A DNA stretch of 64,000 nt, from contig OX597828.1 in the NCBI GenBank assembly GCA_951406725.2, forward strand, positions 60,946,001-61,010,000, in the 5' to 3' direction. The position numbers and the translations under genes were made by a program. Under the pieces are notes generated by a model that saw only the letters and a list, made by a program, of their open reading frames with translations, had not been told where the DNA came from and did not search any database. The stretch is from Octopus vulgaris (Eukaryota). Below, piece after piece: positions 47,884 to 61,700 of this stretch. Numbering within the stretch: the stretch's first letter is position 1; the number at the start of each line of letters is the position of its first letter.

Positions 47884-49430
47884 AGTGTGCCAAAGTCACT
47901 TTTAAGAAAGGGAAATTGGTAAAGCCAAGTTCAATCGAATTAGATGTCGAAACAGTAATAACGGAACTTGAGCAGGAACAAACCTATAAACACCTAAGAA
48001 TAAAAGAAGGCTCCGGTATCCAGCATGCAAGCATGAAAGAGAAGGTTAGGAGGGAATGTTATAGAAGAGTTCGAGCAGTCCTGAAGTCTGAGCCGAATGC
48101 ATATAATAAGGTGTTAGCCATAAATTCCTTAGCAGTCCCAGTTGTTCTTTATAGCTTCAATGTGCTTAACTGGAATACCAGTGAAATAATGAAAATTGAC
48201 AGAAAAATCCACAAGCTACTGACTTGTAATAAGATGCACCATCCAAAGGCAGACGTGGATCGTCTTTACCTTCCCAGAGCTCAAGAAGGACGAGGTTTGA
48301 TCCAGCTTGAACTTACATACAAAACCACCACAATCGGACTGGCCAAATACCTTGAAGCAACCAACAATTGGATGATAAAACTTGTTGAAAAACATGAAAG
48401 ACCGAAAAAACTTCACTCTATTCTGAAATAGAGCAAACAATTCGCTGCTGATCTCTTAGATACCCACCAGATTGATCAGGCTGAAGGAAATGCGCCAACT
48501 GCAGCTGCAAAGAAAGTAAAATTAATTGCAAAGACAAAAGCGCATGAAAAATTAGCTTGCAGATAGGAACAGAAACCTCTGCATGTGGTCCGTAGCAAAT
48601 AAGCTGATGTGACCAGAAACACACGCACCAATGGTTACGAAGCTCAGGGCTAAAAGCGGAGAGTGAAGGTTTCAAATTAGCTGCTCAAGACAAATGCTTA
48701 TTAACCCGGAACTACCAAGCCAATGTGATAAAAAATGGAGCTGACCCAAAATGCCGATTCTGTAACGATGAGATTGAAACAATAGACCACCTAATCTCAG
48801 GGTGTAGAGTCTTAGCACCTGCAGAATATAAAGCAAGACATGACAGAGTCGGCCAGTGTTTACACTGGACAATATGTCGGCATTATAAAATCAAAACCGC
48901 TTGCAGACCGACAGGACTATAAAAGCTAATAAACCGGATATTATCATAAAAGATCAGACAAAAGGATGTGTTTATTAATGGACATGAGTATTCCTTGCGA
49001 TCACAATATAGCGGCGAAAGAATTTGACAAGATTATTAAATATAAAGACTTGGTAATAGAAATTGAAAAAATGTGGCATCTCAAGGCGACTACAGTACCA
49101 GTGATTGTAGGATCTCTAGGAATGATAAAAAAAGGTACTGAAACCTATTTGAAAATGATACCAGGCTTACTATCCCTACAGGAAGTGCAAAAAATCGTAT
49201 TAACTGGAACGGCTCATGTGCTGAGAAGAGCATTATCGCTGTGAAAACAACATCCATTCATGAATTTATTTCTTCATTAATTTTTTAAATATATATTTTA
49301 CCTGTGAATTTGCGTATGTAATCTGGGAATGCATACAATGAGCTTCTCTGCCCTAGGTGTACGGAAAACACTCGGCGAGAAACGGAAGAAAATTTGAAGA
49401 AAGAAGGAAAAATAATAATAATAATAATAA
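47884..49430 (+). mobile_element. R4/Dong-clade non-LTR retrotransposon copy 2 (different subfamily, more 5'-truncated; (TAA)n tail)
   Basis: Begins at KCAKVTFKKGK right after the copy-1 tail. Contains KMHHPKADVDRLYLPR..GRGL, CRFC..ETIDHLISGC..RHD, KPDII, KYKDL..EIEKMW and PVIVGSLG; tail at 49411-49430. Confidence 0.9.
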
Positions 49431-50422
49431 CATTGAAAAATACCCCAGGAATGAGAGCTCAGGTTCGAAATTTCTCCAAGATGCCTGATGAAGGCTGGAA
49501 GGTATATCAACCGAAACAGCAAAAAAGATGACAAATATCCGTCAAATGTAAATAATGTAAATAATTTACATTTCTTATTTTAGCACACACACACTCACAC
49601 ACACATTCACTAGCTAAGTATCCTGGCGTTGAGGGCAATTTTTACAAGAGAATGCTTTGGCCGACTTTCGGAATAGTACACTGATATAGGCTGGATTTTC
49701 TCCGTTTTGACGGGAATTTTTCAAATTTTTTTCAAATGATGGGGGTAGCTTTTCATGAAAAATAATTTTAAAAAAATTCTAATTACCCTCCCCCACTTTC
49801 CTCTACACTATGCAAAATAGAAGACGACTTTTCGGTAAAAAAAAAAAATGAAAATCAATTGCAGCGTGGAAGGTGTTTATAAGCCATTTAAGAACACACA
49901 AAAATCCGTTAGATTCCCTTCAACATTTAAATTTAATTTGTATCAAAATGTTTTCGTCGCTCTGAAACTGCAACTTGTTCACTCCATCTTTTATCAGCAT
50001 GCTGTAGACTTCCACAATGGCTCCTTAGGAAGACTTAATATAGACATCCTATTTACACATGCCACTGATGCAATGCTGAGACAAGTCACCGAAGCTGTCT
50101 GTATACAGACACCCTCAACCGTAAATCCGAATGGGGTAATACCCAAATTCCACTCTGGAGTACTCATCTATAATCACCCCTTTCTCTCATTTACATATAG
50201 AAATCCATACATACATGTTGAGATGCATGATACTGAAGTACATATATATATAATTATATATAGTCGTACATAGATTAATGTGTATGTATGTACGTGTAGA
50301 TGTAGGTGTATTTTAGCATGCGTGTGTATGTGTGTGTGTTTGTGGGTGTGCGAGTATGTGTGTGTATGAATGTGTATATATATGCACGTATGGGTATGTG
50401 TGTATATATATGTATATATATA

Positions 50423-50480
<58 letters not shown>

Positions 50481-50510
50481 TATATATGTATATGTCTATG
50501 TAAAATACAT

Positions 50511-50803
50511 AGCCGTCTGAATATTGGAAAAGGGTTACTTGTATCATGATGATTCACGTCTGGTGTCAAAATACCGACATTGTAGCTTCTGCTCAACGTT
50601 TTGAGAACATTGTAAAGAGTGCAAGACGTGATATGGACAGCTGCAACGGAGAATACGAAACCGTGGCCGACAGAAAGGAACACAGCAGAAAATCTGACTG
50701 TGTCTGTACGTTGGCTTTCATTTAATAACTGATGAACAGGCCTTAGGCTCAATTCAGACGTGAAACAGCTGGAGACTGGTAAAACCTTGGGTGGGGAGGG
50801 TTG
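50511..50803 (+). repeat. Near-identical duplicate of 44791-45083 (maT fragment)
   Basis: 293 bp with 3 mismatches by eye. Confidence 0.92.
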
Positions 50804-50878
50804 TTCAACTGTTGTCTGTGAAAATACAGACATATTTATGTGTAGATGGATAAACGTATAAATGTGTATACTTTAAGA

Positions 50879-50944
<66 letters not shown>

Positions 50945-52550
50945 GTGTTTATATGATTGTGTGTGCTTGTACATATTTATAGGTAGTTTTATAGTTGCAT
51001 GTATGCATCCAAGACATTGTACCCACTCACTGTTAGACGGTGGTAAGAGGAACACGTATATATAACCTTCGACAGAGTAACAGTCATATATATATACAAC
51101 TTGAACAGACACACATATCAGTAAATAAACATACGTTTACATGTACATACACATATACACACACGTATACACGTCTACACACTTACATACCTAAATACCA
51201 ATCTTGAGAAATTAGACTTCTCAAAACCAGAAAAGAGAAAGCTAATTCGAAGTCTACAGATCCAATCCATCACAGGAACTGTAAGAATCTGTAAAACTTT
51301 CCAGAAGTATATCATTTAAATATATGTGATCATGTCTAGATATGCAACTATATGCATGAAGATACGTACATAAAACATATAAATCTGCACATATATAATA
51401 TATACATACATACATGCAAACATGCATGCATACATACATACATACATACATACATACATACATACATACATACATACATACATACATACATACATACATG
51501 CACGCATACAAAAATACCCTGTTGTTGATGCTGAAATTCCTGTGAAGGATCCTTGGATCTAGGTTAGAAACCGGTTCTTTCTCTATTAGCAAGAAATCTT
51601 GAAATAAACTGAAAACTGACATACATACATAAACACAGGTCGCGGTTTCAAAGCGACGAAAATATTTTGACACAAATTAAATTTAAATGTTGAAGTGAAT
51701 CTAACGGTTTTTTGCGGGTTCTTAAATGGCTTATAAACATCTTCCACGCTACAATTGTTTTTGTTTCAGTACACAATCTCAGATCAAGTCACTCACTTGC
51801 TATGCAAGTACATCTCCGTAAAAAGAAAATAATAATTTGAAAATTTATGAATTCTTTCAGCACCCCCACCCCACCCCACCCCCACTCTACCAATTTTGGC
51901 CAATATTTTCGCACCTCGCACTATGGGAGAAGCCTTGATGAATGAATGAATGAGAGAGAGAGAGAGAGGGGTGGCAGAATGTGTGTGTGTAAGGTAAATA
52001 TATATAGGGAAGGAGAAATTTTACAATGCGAAAAGCAAAAAATGAAAGAGAAATATGTTTTGAATACTGCAAGTAAAGATAGTTGCTACTTCTGATTAGC
52101 GTTAGACTATCAACAGTATACATGTGTGTATGTGCGCACGCGCGCGCGTGTGTCCTGAGTGGCATAATATACTGGAGTAAATGAAATCATTATAAGCTAT
52201 GGACATCCTTAGGTGCGGGTGTGTGGACTTGACAAACAACATAGAGGGTGTGGATGTTGTAGGTAAAGATTATAAAGTACGTTGGTTTGATGCTGGAGTG
52301 AAAACATTAATTGGATGTGTTGCCAATGTGTATCAGTTATTGGATGGATAGATTTTCGACACTTTTGTTTTGTTATATCACTTCATTTCATGATGCGGGG
52401 TCAAGAATTGTTTCAAGAATGAAATTAGACGAAAATGCTTATGTTGAAGTTAGAAAATATTATTTCTGTTCTGTTATGGGATGTTTTGACATAAAATATT
52501 TGTATTAATTTCGTTTATATTTAATTGCTTTATATCATTTCGTACACACA

Positions 52551-52780
52551 AGGCGGCGAGCTGGCAGAATCGTTAGCATGACGGGCAAAATGCTTTGCGG
52601 CATTTCGTCCGTCTTTATGTTCTGAGTTCAAATACTGCCGAAGTCGACTTTGCCTTTTATCTATTCGAGGTCGATAAAATAAGTACCAGTTGAACACTGA
52701 GGTTGATCCAGTCGACTAGCCCCCTCATCTCAAAAAGAAAAAAAACTGCTAGCCCTGCGCCAAAATTTGAAACCATTATT
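52551..52780 (+). mobile_element. tRNA-headed SINE family C
   Basis: GGCGGCGAGCTGGCAGAATCGTTAG...GAGTTCAAAT...GTCGATAAAATAAGTACCAG...AAATTTGAAACCATTATT. Decayed minus-strand copies lie at about 7410-7495, 25370-25800 and 37180-37375. Confidence 0.7.
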
Positions 52781-52810
52781 TCTTACACACAATCGCACAT
52801 ACAAATTCTA

Positions 52811-53132
52811 GCACTCCGTCGGTTACAACCATGAGGGTTCCAGTTGATCCGATGAACGGAACAGTCTGCTCGTGAAATTAACGTGCAAGTGGCTGAGCAC
52901 TCTACAGACACGTGTACACTTAACGTAGTTCTCGGGGAGATTCAGCGTGACACAGAATGTTACAAGGCTGGCCCTTTGAAATACAGGTACTACTTATTCT
53001 TGCCAACTGAGTGGAATGGGATCAACGTGAAATAAAGTGCCTTGCTCAAAGACACAACGCACCGCCGGGAATCGAACTCACGACCATACGATTCTGAACC
53101 GAATACCCTAACCACTAAGTCAGGCGACTTCA
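52811..53132 (-). mobile_element. tRNA-headed SINE family B
   Basis: Head TGACTTAGTGGTTAGGGT...GAGTTCGATTCCC followed by GTTGTGTCTTTGAGCAAGGCACTTT; tail shared with 836-1007. Confidence 0.75.
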
Positions 53133-54609
53133 CATCACATACACATAAAGACATATAAACAGACATAGATAGACACACACACACGTACTCATACTGAGGT
53201 ACTCAGACACATTTACTCGCGGACACACACACACACACACATACACACACACACACATGCACGGGAGCTTCTCGGCCAGCTTGAACCAACATATAAAAAA
53301 GCAAAGCAAAATTTTGTTCAAATTCCACCATAAACTCTCTTATAAAAGGAAGGATACATTGGATATTGTAGTCCAAGATAAATGTTTGACAAAATAAAAG
53401 ATAGGATATTAACTATTTGAACGTGTTACATCATAGGTTAGATTTACTTGAACAGTCCTGGGGTTAAAGAGATAATCACATGCACGCACATGCACAACAA
53501 TATCATCACCGCCACTACAAGTCACACTGTCACCACAGAATTCAACATCCAAAAGAACCAATTCCCACCACCACCAACACCGTAGATGCAGCAAATCATC
53601 TACCACCACCACCACCACCACCGCCGCCATAACATATGCTGTCACTCCCGTTCATGTCCTCCAACACCATCTCAGATACCACCACAAACATCACGCCACC
53701 ACAGCTAACAACAACAGCACCCAAGTATCGCCTCTAAATCTGCCGCATCCATTACCACCACCACCATTTGTAGTTGAACAGTACAGAAAAGAATTACAAT
53801 CGGCTGACATTTTTAACTAGTTGGGCGTTGAAAGATTGAAAAAACTGTACCAGTTAACAGACCAGTAATCAGATGGTTTGATGGCTTGATAAGAATACAA
53901 AATAGCAGACAGTCTTTAACAATTACAGATTCATTTATTATATTTAAAGATAATTAAAAAACCGTTATTTTAACATGTTGATGATGATCATATACTGCTG
54001 ACAGAGCCATAGTAGTATGGTGAATGAATAAATAATTTATATTTCAGATTATTTTAAAGTAATCTTTATATCCAACTAAACGTGAATGTCTCGTTAGAAC
54101 ACTAAATACTGCGTTATTAGCCTTGAGAGACCCTCTCATATAAGCTCTTGGTACGTAAAAAGCACACACGTAGATCATAACGGACGAGAATCATGCACAT
54201 ATATGTGTGTGTGTGTATTTATAGATATTTCGGTGCATGTATATAGGTATACTTAAGTGTGCGTGCGTCTGTGTATGTGTATATATATGAAAATATACAT
54301 CTGTGACATCACCTCATTCTCTCCCCCCTCTCTCTATCTACACACACAGACACAGACGTTACTATCTGTAACACGACGTCCCAGTCCACTGCCCTTCTTT
54401 CTTTTGGCATGGAAATTGTAAATTGCCAGTCTGACTAGAATATTTATTGACCCTTATAAATGCTTTCCTAAATAAAATTGCACTTCATGTTTGAAGCCCC
54501 GATGAAGATATAGGACGACACACAAGCATTTAACTATGTGTGCGTTGCATCTTATAGCAGAAACAGCCGTTAGCTAATAAAATTCATGACAATTTCTTTT
54601 CCATTATCA

Positions 54610-54719
<110 letters not shown>

Positions 54720-54793
54720 AAACAATACTGGGAGGATAAGAAACGGAACGAAGCGAAGAATCGAACGAACCCGACGCGAAGCGCTGTCAGACA

Positions 54794-55624
54794 ATAGTGT
54801 AATAAATAAAATATATGCATACATACAAACATATATGTACGTACCTACATCTACATGTATACATATATGCATATATAAATATATATATACAGGACACCAC
54901 AAAAAAGACGTAGAACTCGACAGAAACGAAAACGGAAAAGCCATTTTTTTACAACAGAAAGACAGAGACGTGGAACAGGACGAGAACGAAAACAGGAAAA
55001 ACATTATTTACAACAGAAAAACAAGGTACAGGACAAACTACACAAGGAAAAAGAACAAAGGCCTTTCGTTTGTTTTTCTCGTTTGTTTTCTTGTTTATTT
55101 TGATTTCTCGTATTGTATTTTATTTCTCGTTTTGTATTTTCTTGTACATGTATTTTTAACTTTGTATTTTTATCTTGTATTTTATTGTGCAGTTCTATTG
55201 TTACGTCCCGTTTGTGTTACATTTTTTCGTGCTTGTTTTACCCCTCTGCGAGGTTATTTTATTTTAATTCTCTCGCAGGAAGGTCTAGTATTGACGAGTC
55301 GTGTCCTGTCTTGCCTTCGAAACACGCTAAGTCTACTAGCGACAGCTGATGATTGGGGATTTTCCTTGTGTAGCTTGTCCTGTACCTTGTTTTTCTGTTG
55401 TAAATAATGTTTTTCACGTTTTCGTTCTCGTCCTGTTCCACGTCTCTGTCTTTCTGTTGTAAAAATATGGCTTTTCCGTTTTCGTTTCTGTCGAGTTCTA
55501 CGTCTGTTTGTGGTGTCCTGTACTTACGTATATATATATTTATATATGCATGTATATATACATGTAGATGTAGGTACGTACATATATGTTTGTATGTATG
55601 CATATATTTTATTTATTACACTAT
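54794..55624. mobile_element. Inverted-repeat element with arms of about 260 bp and a hammerhead-like core, between (TA)n tracts
   Basis: Arms 54794-55051 and 55360-55624 are reverse complements with few differences; the spacer is about 310 bp. Confidence 0.8.
55285..55339 (+). ncRNA. Type I hammerhead-ribozyme-like motif (probably degenerate)
   Basis: CTAGTA-TTGACGA-G...C-GAAAC-acgctaa-GTC-TACTAG. Stem I is a perfect 6 bp, the core has a C3U change, the GUC triplet is present and stem II is weak. Confidence 0.55.
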
Positions 55625-57395
55625 ATATATATATATATATATAAATGGAACAAAAACGCAATAGAGGGCATTAAAACGTTCAGACAGATAGACGACACAA
55701 ATCCAGACAAGAGAAACAGCAATTAGGACAGGCAAAAAAGACGGGTCATTCTTGGCTTTCTGTCTTAGTCAAGCACCAGAAGTAACGACAATTTCGGACA
55801 GTTACACTTGAGATGGCTCGATCTGGTTGCCCCCAAAAAGTCCCCTTTGTAAGAAAACTAGCGAATGTGTATGGCAACAAAACAAAAAAAACAAAAAAAA
55901 ACGGAGAACATGCTACAGAATTACGAATACAAACAAGAAATAATAACAGGCGTCTTTCGACTGAGAACGATTCAGATTGAGCTGGCGCAAGGTATTTTAG
56001 TCGACTAAAGGCTCAAGACCGACACAGGGAAGATTCTGAGACTAGAGAAGTATTAACAATAACACAGATGGGTTGTAGTTCACTACAGCTGTTTCAGACG
56101 TGATCTTTATTGATGAAAAAAAAAATTACATCATATAAAATAACCCTGTTTTGTTCAAGTGAATTAAGAGTAAAATTTAACATTTAGGATTTTTCACACA
56201 AATAGTACATCTTAGTTAAAGCTGAGAGAGCTGTTATTATTTATATATATTTATATATACACACATATGTAAGTGTGTGTGTGTATGTGTGTGTGTGTGT
56301 GTGTGTGAAGGCGCATGGTTCAGTGGTTATAATAAATACCTTGATGCAGTACCAGGTACTGGCTCTCGTGGCTTCCGATCTTAACCGATTGCAAGTGTTA
56401 TCATGTACATGATTTGTTTTGGAGTAAAAATGGGCTACAGCAAATATTCTGCTCAGTGCCACAGATTTACTTGTCAGTTGCTTGACCTTAACCAGTTGAG
56501 CATGTCCCTTGATGGCTAACGATATCTGCATCTCTGATCATGAGCAGAAGTAGTGGGAGAGCATCATAAACCTGCATTGGGAGGAATTATTTGCAGTGGG
56601 AATAATTCACCTCTGGAAACATGGATGTTTCGTACAACATCCTTAAAGAACCCTTATTCAAGGAATTTTTGAGCAGGATTAGCAACTCGACCTGAAGAAA
56701 ATGCGCTGTTTATCTTGATATGAGATCACTATGTTGCGCACATATGGTTGTGCTGCATGTGTTTGGTGTACTCTTATCAGACGGGTAGTCACGATGGGTA
56801 TATTGAGTTTGGTATATTTTACCCCAGTGTCCTTTTGATGGCATGCACTGCTCTCCAACTCAATAACAACAACAACAACAATAACAAAAACAATAACAAC
56901 AACAACAATAGTAACAATGTATATATATATCATTAGAAAAGGAAGGTACATCATACATAATTACATGGAAGCTCCTAGAATAACCAGGATCGTACCTCAA
57001 CGGGCGCAAACGATGTAAATTTTGCTTGGTCGAAAGAACAAGATTCCTGAAAAACGCGGTCGATCCTTCTTAAACTCCAAAAAAAGAGATGCTTAGTTGG
57101 TGCCCTCGTTAGAGGAAATTCATGTTAGGACCACAGAATTCCTTGTTTGCCGAGTGGGAAAAGTAATAGACAATGTGGTGACTCGTTTTAAACGCAACTG
57201 GAACCGATCTGAAGGGGATAATTTCATTCCGGAATTTTTTGTTTACAACCTTCACTGATCATGACGTATTCCTCCTTCTAGTTGCAGAGAGGCTATGTAC
57301 CTCTGACCAACGAAACTGACGACTCGTTTATACAACTATGTGCTTTATAGGTGCGAAACCAATGGCCACTCTGTAATCAGCCTTTACAGACATAT

Positions 57396-57485
<90 letters not shown>

Positions 57486-57681
57486 AATTTAAATATACAA
57501 TCAATTCAAATAAACGAATAATAAAATTAACAGATAACAAGAGGACGTGCACACGGAATGTATTAGTTCCACACTCGGTAAAAAGAGCGAGTTTGACGTT
57601 TCGAACAATAGCTCTTCGTTGGAAAGGAGAAAAGGAAAAGTTCAAAGCAAGAAAAGAAATCGCTAACAGCATATGAGCAGT

Positions 57682-57761
<80 letters not shown>

Positions 57762-58157
57762 AACACACACACACATATACGAAAAGAAAATGGATGTAAA
57801 TAACAAGGAGAAATTCGTCGTTTTCGCCGGTATGTCTTTTAATTTAATTAATCAACAAAGAAGAAGGTACCATTTATGATTGTTTCAATTTACTAGTTTC
57901 AGTAAATATCTTCAGAATGTGAAAAATAAATTGATACATCGGTCATGGTAATTAAGTCAAAATTTGTTAGTCGTACATTATATTATGTTCTTAGGTTGAT
58001 TATTCTGCTGGGGAGTGGATTTCATTGTAGTAGATTAGTTAGTTTATGGTTCCGCTGGGTGATTAAAGCGGGTGTATATTATTTTGGTGTGAAATCCCGA
58101 GTTTGACTAAGCACAGTTTTTGTGCACGTGTGTATTAAATTGGTGAGTTTTAGTCAC

Positions 58158-58407
58158 TGTTACACATTCATATCTATGTGTATACGTAGGTGTAGAATAC
58201 ATATCTATGTGTATATGTGTGTAGAATACATCCCAACTATTGGCACTATTTGTTAGTAAACAGTATAAGCTACGTCTAAGGCGGATACACACAATGTGTA
58301 TCATTCCGCTGTATATCGACAGTTCGTAACAATTAAACACGTAAAATGATAACAATGCCTTCATTGAGTTGTCTATCATCCCATCAAGAACGAAACAAAG
58401 CATAACA
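58158..58407 (+). mobile_element. 5' LTR of Gypsy element (TGTTA...TAACA)
   Basis: Ends in TAACA directly before the PBS. The start is uncertain: TGTTA occurs at 58158 and 58251. Confidence 0.6.
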
Positions 58408-58420
58408 TGGTGGCAGCGGT
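58408..58420 (+). promoter_or_regulatory. Primer-binding site TGGTGGCAGCGGT (complementary to a tRNA-Leu 3' end)
   Basis: Abuts the LTR-terminal CA; its reverse complement ACCGCTGCCA-CCA is a tRNA-Leu 3' terminus as I recall it. Confidence 0.75.
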
Positions 58421-58528
58421 AAATAATCAGAAACTGTGCCTCTACAACAAAACAGGAACACAACAAACCTGAAATTTAACAAACTGAATATCGCTTCGTC
58501 TTCGGACACACATACACGAGGATCCAAA

Positions 58529-60758
58529 ATGGCGACCTATGTCGCCATACAGATGAATCTACATCCGGCCACGAACTGGGACGCCGATGATATCGTGGAA
58601 GCGTTCAAGAAATGCAAACAGAAAACTCAACTGGCTTTCAAAAGCTTCCTGAAAGGTACAACCGCCGATGAAAAGGTAAGCTACATCCTTTTATGGACGA
58701 GAGAGAAGGGCCTAGACCTATTCAATAGCTGGGACATGTCAGAATCGGATTGCAATAATCCAGACAGACTTTTAGAGGAATATGAAAGGCACCTAGAGCC
58801 CAGATCCAACCATAGAATTCATAGATACGAATTCCAGGGCCTGAAATAAGACCCACAAAAAACGATTGACAACTTCCTGTCCAGACTAAAGAATGTTGCC
58901 AAGAAATGCAAGTTCAAAGACAAAGATGAAAGGATTGTTGATCAACTAATATGGGGTGTGCTCATAAAGAAGTCCAGAAATCCCTCATAGGTAAGGACGC
59001 TCTCCAGTTAATAGAAGCAGTAGACACTGCAAGAGCATTCGAAGCCACTACCAAACAAATGGCCTCACTTACTTTACAAACAAGCGCACTAGGCAGCAGT
59101 GTAGATATTGTATCTAGGCATAGGACGAAACATACCCGCAAACAAAGAACATGCCAGTACTGTGGTACGGAACATGAGTTTAATGATCAGAAGAAATGTC
59201 CTGCTTTCGGTACACACTGCAAAGCATGTGGAAAACCCAAGCACTGGGAAAAAAATGTGTAGACTAACAAAATCTCAGAAATACAAGCCCCAATTTTCAA
59301 AGAGGAGCGGAAAGAGAAGACAAAGAGATATACATGCATAACAACAGGAACAAAACACCTCAGAAGAGGAATTCTTGGCAGTCGGCACAATAAATGTGCA
59401 TGAGATGGGAAAGGACGACCAGAAAGAAAAATGAGGCATACACGACGATACGAATACAAAAGAAGTCTGGCAAGAAAAGAATAAACATTGACTTAAGGTT
59501 GAAGATTGACACTGGAGCCCAGAGTGATATCTTGCCTGTCAATCTCTACAAAAAGATGTTCCCAGAAAACATGACACAAGAGGATAAAATCAAAGAAGGA
59601 ATCTTCGCACCAAGTGATGTAATCCTCACTGCATTCGGAGGTACCAGGATTCCACAACTGGGCAAAACAACAATCACAGGGACACACAAAGGAAAAATAA
59701 TCAAGTGTTCTTTTAAAGTCACAAGAACAGAAGGACCAGCAATTCTTGGACTTAATACCTATCAAAAGCTTAATATTGTGTCAATCAATGGTGAAGTGAA
59801 GGCAACTCCGAGCAGGATTGACAGAGATATGACTACCAAAGACCGACCACCAATCACAAATAAAGAAGAATTGATAAGCATGTACCCAGAATACTTTGAC
59901 GATACAGTCGGGTGCTTTGTGAAATGTCGATACCTTATAACAGTCGACCCCAATACCAAACCAATTGTTCACCCACCTCGCCGCGTTCCTCTAGAACTAA
60001 AAGAGAAGCTGAAGGCAGAGTTGGACAGAATGGAAAAAAAAAAGAAAGTGACACGACCAACAGACTGGGTGAATTCAATTGTAATCAAAGAAAAACGCAA
60101 TGGTACCCTACGGATATGCCTCGACCCAAGGGATCTGAACAAGGCATTAAAAAGAAAGTACCATCTAATGTACCTTGAAGAAATCACACCATCATTAGCT
60201 GGATCCAAGATATTCAGCAAACTGGATGCTAGTAATGGGTACTGGAATGTAAAGATAGACAAAGAATCATCGATGCTAACTACCTTCAACACACCATTTG
60301 ACAGATACCGATTCAACCGACTCCCATTTGGATTGAAGGTGAGCCAAGATGTTTTCCAGCGCCAAATAGATGAGACCTACCAAGGCTGCAAGGGAGCAAT
60401 TGGGATAGCAGACGACATCCAAGTGCATGGCAAGGATGAGACTACACATGACTTGAATTTACATGAAACTATGGAGAAAACCCGACAAGCATGTATCAAA
60501 CTCAATGCAGACAAGTGTGTGATAAAAGCAAAGGAGTGCAAATTCTTTGGAATTATATACTCTGCAGAGGGAGTTAAACCAGACCCCGCTAAAGTGGAAG
60601 CCACCAGAGACATCAAAGAACCCAAAGACAAGAAGGAACTCAGGAGCTTCCTGGGACTCATCCAATACATGGGAGCCTTCATACCCAAGCTGGCCGATCA
60701 CACTGCAAATCTACGAGAACTAAACAAAGATGACGTAGAGTTTGATTGGTGTGCTTAA
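58529..60758 (+). mobile_element. Ty3/Gypsy (Mag-like) gag-pol, disrupted and 3'-truncated after RT
   Basis: Gag EKVSYILLW..KGLDLFNSW; two Cys/His knuckles CQYCGTEH..CPAFGTHCKACGKPKHW; protease KIDTGA; RT LRICLDPRDLN, LDASNGYW, RLPFGL, IADDI, LRSFLG. It breaks at FDW into (TACA)n, with no RNase H, integrase or 3' LTR. Confidence 0.92.
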
Positions 60759-61417
60759 ATAAAACTCTAAAGAAAATCGTACGTACATACATGCATACAT
60801 ACATACATACATACATACATACATACATACATACATACATACATACATACATACATACATGCATGTAGGTAATATGTATGTGTATATATGTGTGTATGTG
60901 TTTTGTGATTTACTACATATTGAACCTATACATTTTAAGCCGACAAGAAAAGTGCAAATTAATTAAAGACATTGGACAACTACAAATGCCTATCATTTCA
61001 TACAATGTTATCGTGGACAGAAGCAAGAAATATCAGCTGGACTAGTTTCAGTAATTGGCTGGGATTCCATCAGCAATCGTCTGACCTCTAATTATATATT
61101 ATATATTGTTTTTATAGCTACTATCGTTATCGAACTTATTAAATCGGATACACTAGTTTGATAAATGACGTAGTCTTAGAAATGAGTACAGTTAATAAAT
61201 TACTGATGTACTAGCAATGTCAGCTTTTGATGCTATATACGATAAACTGCAGAATAAAGCTAAATATCTAAGACACCATTGCGTGCGTAAATTTACTAAT
61301 AAATATAAACACGCACACGCACCCCCCCCCCCCGCATGCACGCACCTGAATGCGTCCGCGCGTACATATATGTTAACACACTACGCACTCCCATACATAA
61401 ATAAATGTGTGTATTTT

Positions 61418-61463
<46 letters not shown>

Positions 61464-61655
61464 AGTGTGCGTGTGTGTGTTTTATATATATATAAAATAC
61501 ATACATATTCATATAAATTTACACGCACATACATATATGCGTGCACGCGCACACAGAGCACTCAAATCCTACGTATGTTTACTGTCAAGTTTTGCCTGTT
61601 CTAATTTCATTAAGCCTGGGGAGGAAATATTTTGTTTGTTTAAACATATGTACAT

Positions 61656-61700
<45 letters not shown>

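Noticed and set aside
53500-53770. (ACC)n/(AAC)n-rich stretch resembling a mucin-like exon
   Set aside because: Low-complexity decayed trinucleotide repeats with no supported splice sites or partner exons.
54835-55603. Mirror-image ORFs of 190 aa (+) and 114 aa (-) sharing DVELDRNENGKAIFLQQKDRD
   Set aside because: They are by-products of the inverted repeat and low-complexity sequence, with no recognisable domain.
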